Below the pieces are notes generated by a model. The model searched no databases, was not told where the DNA came from, and saw nothing but the letters and a program-made list of their open reading frames with translations. A stretch of DNA of 63,559 bases, filler included, from Octopus bimaculoides (Eukaryota), in NCBI RefSeq assembly GCF_001194135.2. It is 6 parts of 5 records of this genome, joined end to end, with 100 filler letters (N's around TTAATTAATTAA, not from the genome) between each part and the next. Parts side by side here need not be neighbours in the genome. Positions count along the whole stretch, not along the records: positions 49,189 to 59,139 come from NC_069003.1; positions 59,240 to 63,559 come from NC_068984.1; 4 more parts are not named here. One strand, given 5' to 3'. The translations under genes and the position numbers were made by a program. Positions 57,620 through 63,559 of the stretch are shown here, piece after piece (positions within the stretch are counted from its first letter, which is position 1; each line of letters opens with the position of its first letter).

Positions 57620-57900
57620 TATTATACTTCATTATAAGTTGGTGGTTCGTAGCGGGAAGGCTTCTATCCTGTGCTGCAATCAAGATTCCTCGCGACTCAG
57701 CTTTGTGTTCTACCATTCCTAGCTAATGTCGCAATTTTCCCTTACTTGCTTCCATTCTTTTCAGCCTTTTCAGCTATCGGTCTTGGGACTTTTCTTAACA
57801 TCGTTTTATCACAACATCTAGTAACACTATTTTAAACTTAGATTTTACTCTTTTCGCAATTTCTGTTTAATTTTTTGTTTATCTGTCAGTTCTGCATCTG
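57620..57900 (-). pseudogene. R4/Dong-type RLE retrotransposon fragment
   Basis: Minus strand AESRGILIAAQDRSLPATN (57645-57702), resembling the E..G.LIAAQDQ motif. Confidence 0.65.
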
Positions 57901-58198
57901 TTTTGTATTTGCCGGCTCCGTTGAAGACAGAAAACAATTTCATGTTTGTTCACGTTTTATAGTTATTTTTGTGCTTTCTTTTATGCTCTGCTAGATACTT
58001 TTTAATCACGCAGTGAACATTTTATAATAGTTTTCTATTTGTATAAGCTCCCCTTCCTATTTCCCTGTATTCATGGTAAATATAATCTTTCTATTTCAGA
58101 ATTTAGATGCTTTCATTGCGCTGAATATTTTCATACTGTGATTTTTTTTGTTCCCGCTTTCACTAAAAGCAGTGGAAATTTATACTATTTATACCAGT

Positions 58199-58253
<55 letters not shown>

Positions 58254-58303
58254 GCAACAACAACAACAATAACAATAACAATAACAATAACAATAATAAT
58301 AAT

Positions 58304-58697
58304 AAACTGAGCAAGTATAAAGATCTTGAAAGAGAAATTGGCAAAATGTGGTACCTGAAGACTAAAACAATACCTGTTGTCATAGGTGCCCTAAGAATGA
58401 TAGCAACAGGGGCTGATTGCTACCTAGATCAGATACCAGGAAACCCCAAAATGGCAGAAATTCAAAAGATAGTGCTCGTGGGAACTGCCCATATCCTACG
58501 TAAAATACTGTCTATGTAATTTCAAATTTTAAAACAAATTCATAATTTTCTTATGGTTTTTTTAAAACATTCTTTAGAACAATACTATGTACAAAACCCT
58601 AGGCATAACACGAACATGAACTTCTAACTTGTCTCTTGAGGCCTCTGGGTCAGACTTGGAGCCAACTTGTACAAAGCAGAAGTCAAACATAAAAATG

Positions 58698-58698
<1 letters not shown>
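58304..58698 (+). mobile_element. 5'-truncated R4/Dong-type RLE retrotransposon (endonuclease C-terminus + 3' UTR) embedded in AAC/AAT microsatellite
   Basis: KLSKYKDLEREIGKMW...IPVVIGAL...IQKIVLVGTAHILRKILSM*; (AAC)n(AAT)n at 58198-58304 and (AAT)n at 58698-58763. Confidence 0.9.
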
Positions 58699-58762
<64 letters not shown>

Positions 58763-58919
58763 TACTATAACAGGTAAAAGTGCTGCTAAGAGTAGTAGCA
58801 GCAGTAGTTGTATATTTCTTCTTAGGTATGAATGCTCAAAATGCTTGGGAGGTTGTAAGCATGGCTTACTTCGTAAAAAATTGGAAACGTAAATGAAGAA
58901 AGAATGCCACTTCAATAAC

Positions 58920-58934
58920 GATGGTGATGATGAC

Positions 58935-58971
<37 letters not shown>

Positions 58972-59036
58972 GTGATGGTGGTGGTGGTGGTTGTGGTGGT
59001 TGTGGTGGTAGGGATAATGATGATGATGATGATGAT
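58920..59036. repeat. Compound (GAT)n/(GGT)n microsatellite
   Basis: Direct inspection. Confidence 0.93.
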
Positions 59037-59183
59037 TGGAACAGCTACAAGAAACATAAAGAAACGCTTGTCTCATCGCATCATTTATGTGGGTTGTGTG
59101 AGCACCTGGGGTTAAAATTGAGTCGAAGTATGTATGCCGNNNNNNNNNNNNNNNNNNNNNNNNNNNNNNNNNNNNNNNNNNNN

Positions 59184-59195
59184 TTAATTAATTAA
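59184..59195. other. Artificial scaffold linker
   Basis: 44 N + TTAATTAATTAA + 44 N (59140-59239). Confidence 0.95.
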
Positions 59196-59241
59196 NNNNN
59201 NNNNNNNNNNNNNNNNNNNNNNNNNNNNNNNNNNNNNNNCG

Positions 59242-60565
59242 GTCTTCTCTCTGCAGCACACGCAGCGGGTCTCTCCCCACGCACACCATTCCCCTCCCTC
59301 ACACCTTTCGCTGTCGGCTCTTCCGCCACCACATTCAGCACCATCATCAGTCTTATTGCCACCACCACCACCACCACCACAACCAACACGATCAAATGCG
59401 TTCAGCGTGATTCAAGAACAGACGTCTCCCGTCTCTTCACTACTTCAGAATACCCACTATCCTCAGGGTCACTTCTATGACGGTTCTTTTGACAAACTCC
59501 GATCTGAAGACGTTGACCATATTTTGAAAAGCGTTGAGACAACAGTTAAACAAGTTCCTGGTCCGATATCATACTATAACCAAACGACCGAAGGAACAAC
59601 TTTAACTCCGTTAACGCCACTTTACACACAACCGATGTCGTCGGGTACACTTCATCCATACCACCACATCTTCGACCCTACACCGGGTATAAGGCTAAAT
59701 GGCATACCGGGCCCTGTGTTCGGTACCGGCGCGGGTGTCCTGTCAATGTCACCCCCCAGCTACAGCGATGTTTCCACAGCGTATCTTTCGCAAGCCCATT
59801 TCATACCTTCATCATCACCCGCTTCTCCGTCGTCGAATTCATCGTCAAATTCATCATCGTCATTAGCAACGGCTGGAGTAGCAGTTGTGCCATCATCATC
59901 ATCATCCATTTCCACATCCTCTGTTGCATCTTCGTCCGTAACAACCGTGGATAACGTCGGACACATTGGCTCTTCATCTTCTCCATCATCAACTAATCTG
60001 ACAGAGCTGCATCCCGCAGCCGACGAAAGCATTGAGAATCAGCTGTTGTCAGGCCCTCACCTACAACTACTAAGCAGTCATCAATCACACGGGGCCACGA
60101 TGCACACACCACCTCACCTCCAACCGACCCTCAGTCAACACACAGCCCTGCTACCTTTGTCATACCTATACCCAACTGTACAGACTGCAAACTTAGATTT
60201 CGGAGCGATGTCATCTTTAGGAGTTGGTCTAGGAAGTGGTCTAGGAAGTGGAGGAAATGGTGCCGCCGGAGCGGGTGGCGTTGTGGTAAGCAGCGCCAGT
60301 GGTAACGTGGGACTGGCCGCACATAACAGCGGTCAGCGTATTATCAATCCCTACCACAACAATGTAGCAATGCCCAGTGTTATACCTAATTTGACCAATT
60401 CACCGACTCATCCGTCGGTCACGACCGGTCATATGAGAGCAAGCGCAGGACGTACTTCGGATTTGAACTCAGTCGATAGAAATGGGCGTTCCTACCCTTC
60501 TTTTCTACACCAGGAATGTTCTTGGGATACAAATACACCGTACGATTCCAAGACTCTCCAGGCAG
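59242..60565 (+). CDS. Large coding exon (>=441 codons) of an unidentified Ser/Pro/His/Gly-rich, largely disordered protein; partial gene
   Basis: Frame is open from the linker edge (59242) through ORF 59356 to donor CAG|GTAAGT at 60565/60566 (phase 1). GC is higher than the flanks and codon use is varied rather than microsatellite-like. A possible acceptor TTCTCTCTGCAG ends at 59256. No domain recognised. Confidence 0.8.
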
Positions 60566-60713
60566 GTAAGTTGATGATTCATGCATTTGTCTTACCAATA
60601 ATATTAGAGCATGTTTGATTAATATATATTTTTGATTACTCTAAGTATGTATATGTATATATATATACCTACACATACACACACACACACATATATATAC
60701 ACACATACACACG

Positions 60714-60754
<41 letters not shown>

Positions 60755-61494
60755 TGATATATGTATGTATANNNNNNNNNNNNNNNNNNNNNNNNNNNNN
60801 NNNNNNNNNNNNNNNNNNNNNNNNNNNNNNNNNNNNNNNNNNNNNNNNNNNNNNNNNNNNNNNNNNNNNNNNNNNNNNNNNNNNNNNNNNNNNNNNNNNN
60901 NNNNNNNNNNNNNNNNNNNNNNNNNNNNNNNNNNNNNNNNNNNNNNNNNNNNNNNNNNNNNNNNNNNNNNNNNNNNNNNNNNNNNNNNNNNNNNNNNNNN
61001 NNNNNNNNNNNNNNNNNNNNNNNNNNNNNNNNNNNNNNNNNNNNNNNNNNNNNNNNNNNNNNNNNNNNNNNNNNNNNNNNNNNNNNNNNNNNNNNNNNNN
61101 NNNNNNNNNNNNNNNNNNNNNNNNNNNNTATATATATATATATATATATATATGCATGTATGTATGTATGTATGTACAGTTTGAGACCAAATGTTTGGAC
61201 CAAATACCACTTTGGACATTTAATATAAATATTCTAATTTTCAGAATTGTGTTCAAAACTTTTGGCCCCGGATATATAAAAGTAAAACATATGAATATAC
61301 AAAATATACACACATAAAACACACACAGACAATATGTGTACATATGCATATGCATGTATTAATATACATAAATTGATAGACATACGTATATATGTGTGTG
61401 TCTGTAAACATATATGTATATATATGTGTGTGTGTGTGTGTATTATATCTACAAACACACACATATATAAACATATATATATATGTGTGTGTGT

Positions 61495-61534
<40 letters not shown>

Positions 61535-61697
61535 ATGTATGTATGTATGTATGTATACACACACACACACACATGCATTTGAGTTTAGCTTGAGATTCTA
61601 AAATTATAAAACTAGTGCTCTATATAATTGTTATGTGCATTTAAGGTGGAGAAAAAAATATTCTTCAGCCTGGAATTGTTTTGTAAATACGTCAATT

Positions 61698-61741
<44 letters not shown>

Positions 61742-61949
61742 TAGATAGATAGATAGATAATTATAATTATCTATATATATATATATAACAAAATTCAAGG
61801 TATGTACTACTAATATGTATCTATGGGTATACAGGATCTGGTCCGTTTATGACTTTCTGTGTCGATCTGTATAGAAGTATATGTATGTGAATATATAAGA
61901 GTGTGCAAATGACTACCTGTGTATGTGACCGTGTAGTGTTTCCTCCTAC

Positions 61950-61950
61950 A

Positions 61951-62003
<53 letters not shown>

Positions 62004-62044
62004 GTCTATCTGCCTGTCTGTCTGTCTGTCTTACTCTCTGTCTG

Positions 62045-62099
<55 letters not shown>

Positions 62100-62106
62100 G
62101 TCTGTC
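61950..62106. repeat. (TCTA)n/(TCTG)n microsatellite
   Basis: Direct inspection. Confidence 0.95.
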
Positions 62107-62713
62107 NNNNNNNNNNNNNNNNNNNNNNNNNNNNNNNNNNNNNNNNNNNNNNNNNNNNNNNNNNNNNNNNNNNNNNNNNNNNNNNNNNNNNNNNNNNNNN
62201 NNNNNNNNNNNNNNNNNNNNNNNNNNNNNNNNNNNNNNNNNNNNNNNNNNNNNNNNNNNNNNNNNNNNNNNNNNNNNNNNNNNNNNNNNNNNNNNNNNNN
62301 NNNNNNNNNNNNNNNNNNNNNNNNNNNNNNNNNNNNNNNNNNNNNNNNNNNNNNNNNNNNNNNNNNNNNNNNNNNNNNNNNNNNNNNNNNNNNNNNNNNN
62401 NNNNNNNNNNNNNNNNNNNNNNNNNNNNNNNNNNNNNNNNNNNNNNNNNNNNNNNNNNNNNNNNNNNNNNNNNNNNNNNNNNNNNNNNNNNNNNNNNNNN
62501 NNNNNNNNNNNNNNNNNNNNNNNNNNNNNNNNNNNNNNNNNNNNNNNNNNNNNNNNNNNNNNNNNNNNNNNNNNNNNNNNNNNNNNNNNNNNNNNNNNNN
62601 NNNNNNNNNNNNNNNNNNNNNNNNNNNNNNNNNNNNNNNNNNNNNNNNNNNNNNNNNNNNNNNNNNNNNNNNNNNNNNNNNNNNNNNNNNNNNNNNNNNN
62701 NNNNNNNNNNNNN

Positions 62714-62754
<41 letters not shown>

Positions 62755-63526
62755 TTGCATATGTATATGGGTACATGTGTGTGCGTGCGAGAATATGTGT
62801 TTGTTTATGCATGTGGGTGATTGTGTGTGTATATCTGTTTGTGTGTGAGAGACAGAGAATGAGTGTAAATATGTGTGTATTTTCTGTGGCTGTATCTATG
62901 AGTAGGGGTCTTTTTTTTTTTTTTTTCTCCTAAGATATTCAACATACGAACGTATAAAGAAGGCTTATGTCTGATGATATGTAACAGTGACGTGTTTGTT
63001 TGTCAGGAAATATTTAGAGATTTATTGCTGTTTGGTGGCATTTATGTATCTTGATAAACGTGTGTGTGTATGCCTGAGTACGAGTGTGTGTGTGTCTGTG
63101 TGTGAGTGTCTATGCATGCGTGAGTGTGTTTGTAGTGTGTGTGTGTGTGTAATTTATCAAGTTAACGTGAACCACGTAATGAGCATGGACCAGTTAGCAA
63201 ACGATCAACTAGTGAGATAGACACCGTTAAAGCGATCATTTGGAATGACATATTCGTACATTTGTTTTCGTTATTGTTATTGTAGTTGATGTTATTATTG
63301 TTGTTGCTGTCGCTGTTTAACCTCAGTCAACCTTCATCCGTACGAACTCGTAACCAAAGGCATTAACAACCCTGACCGTCTCATCATTTCTTATGAACGT
63401 TCCGGACTTCATCATTCATTATTTAATTTAAAATAATTAAAGAAGTGTCAATAATGGCTTAGAAATGGACACCCTCATTGAATGATATATATATATATGT
63501 TTGTGTGGGTGTCTGAATGTGTGACT

Positions 63527-63559
<33 letters not shown>

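Noticed and set aside
58893-59139. Asp/Gly-rich ORF seemingly upstream of the large exon
   Set aside because: GAT/GGT microsatellite translation, and separated from the exon by an artificial linker

Overview
AT-rich, microsatellite- and transposon-dense animal genomic DNA. The SINE and microsatellite landscape suggests an octopod cephalopod; this is inference, not a database match. The window is probably not one contiguous locus. Five linkers of the form 44 N + TTAATTAATTAA + 44 N (one with 20 extra N on its left) split it into six pieces: 1-13040, 13161-20044, 20145-44772, 44873-49088, 49189-59139 and 59240-63559. Piece 1 holds a + strand histidine acid phosphatase gene (ACP2/ACP3-like). Ten GT-AG exons join in frame to 352 aa with RHGDRSP and HD motifs. 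The first, signal-peptide exon was not found, and the putative last exon looks like a GPI signal. Three long hairpins lie upstream. Piece 2 is almost entirely a composite satellite: a 10-bp TAACGGAAAC array with higher-order structure alternating with a conserved pyrimidine-rich module. Pieces 3-5 are mostly decayed elements: two mariners, Tc1, maT-like, hAT/Buster, a Gypsy integrase, five R4/Dong-type RLE retrotransposon fragments, several SINE families and a Tigger-like MITE. Piece 6 starts with a >=441-codon low-complexity coding exon of an unidentified, possibly regulatory protein. The most interesting signals are hammerhead-ribozyme-like motifs in small repeats. Two identical copies form a complete minimal type I fold with a non-canonical CUGUUGA core (45397-45433 minus, 51500-51536 plus), and two more motifs are degenerate. 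Other highlights are the composite satellite, an R4/Dong-like insertion in a (TAA)n tract, and a CpG-dense TACG/TTCG repeat.
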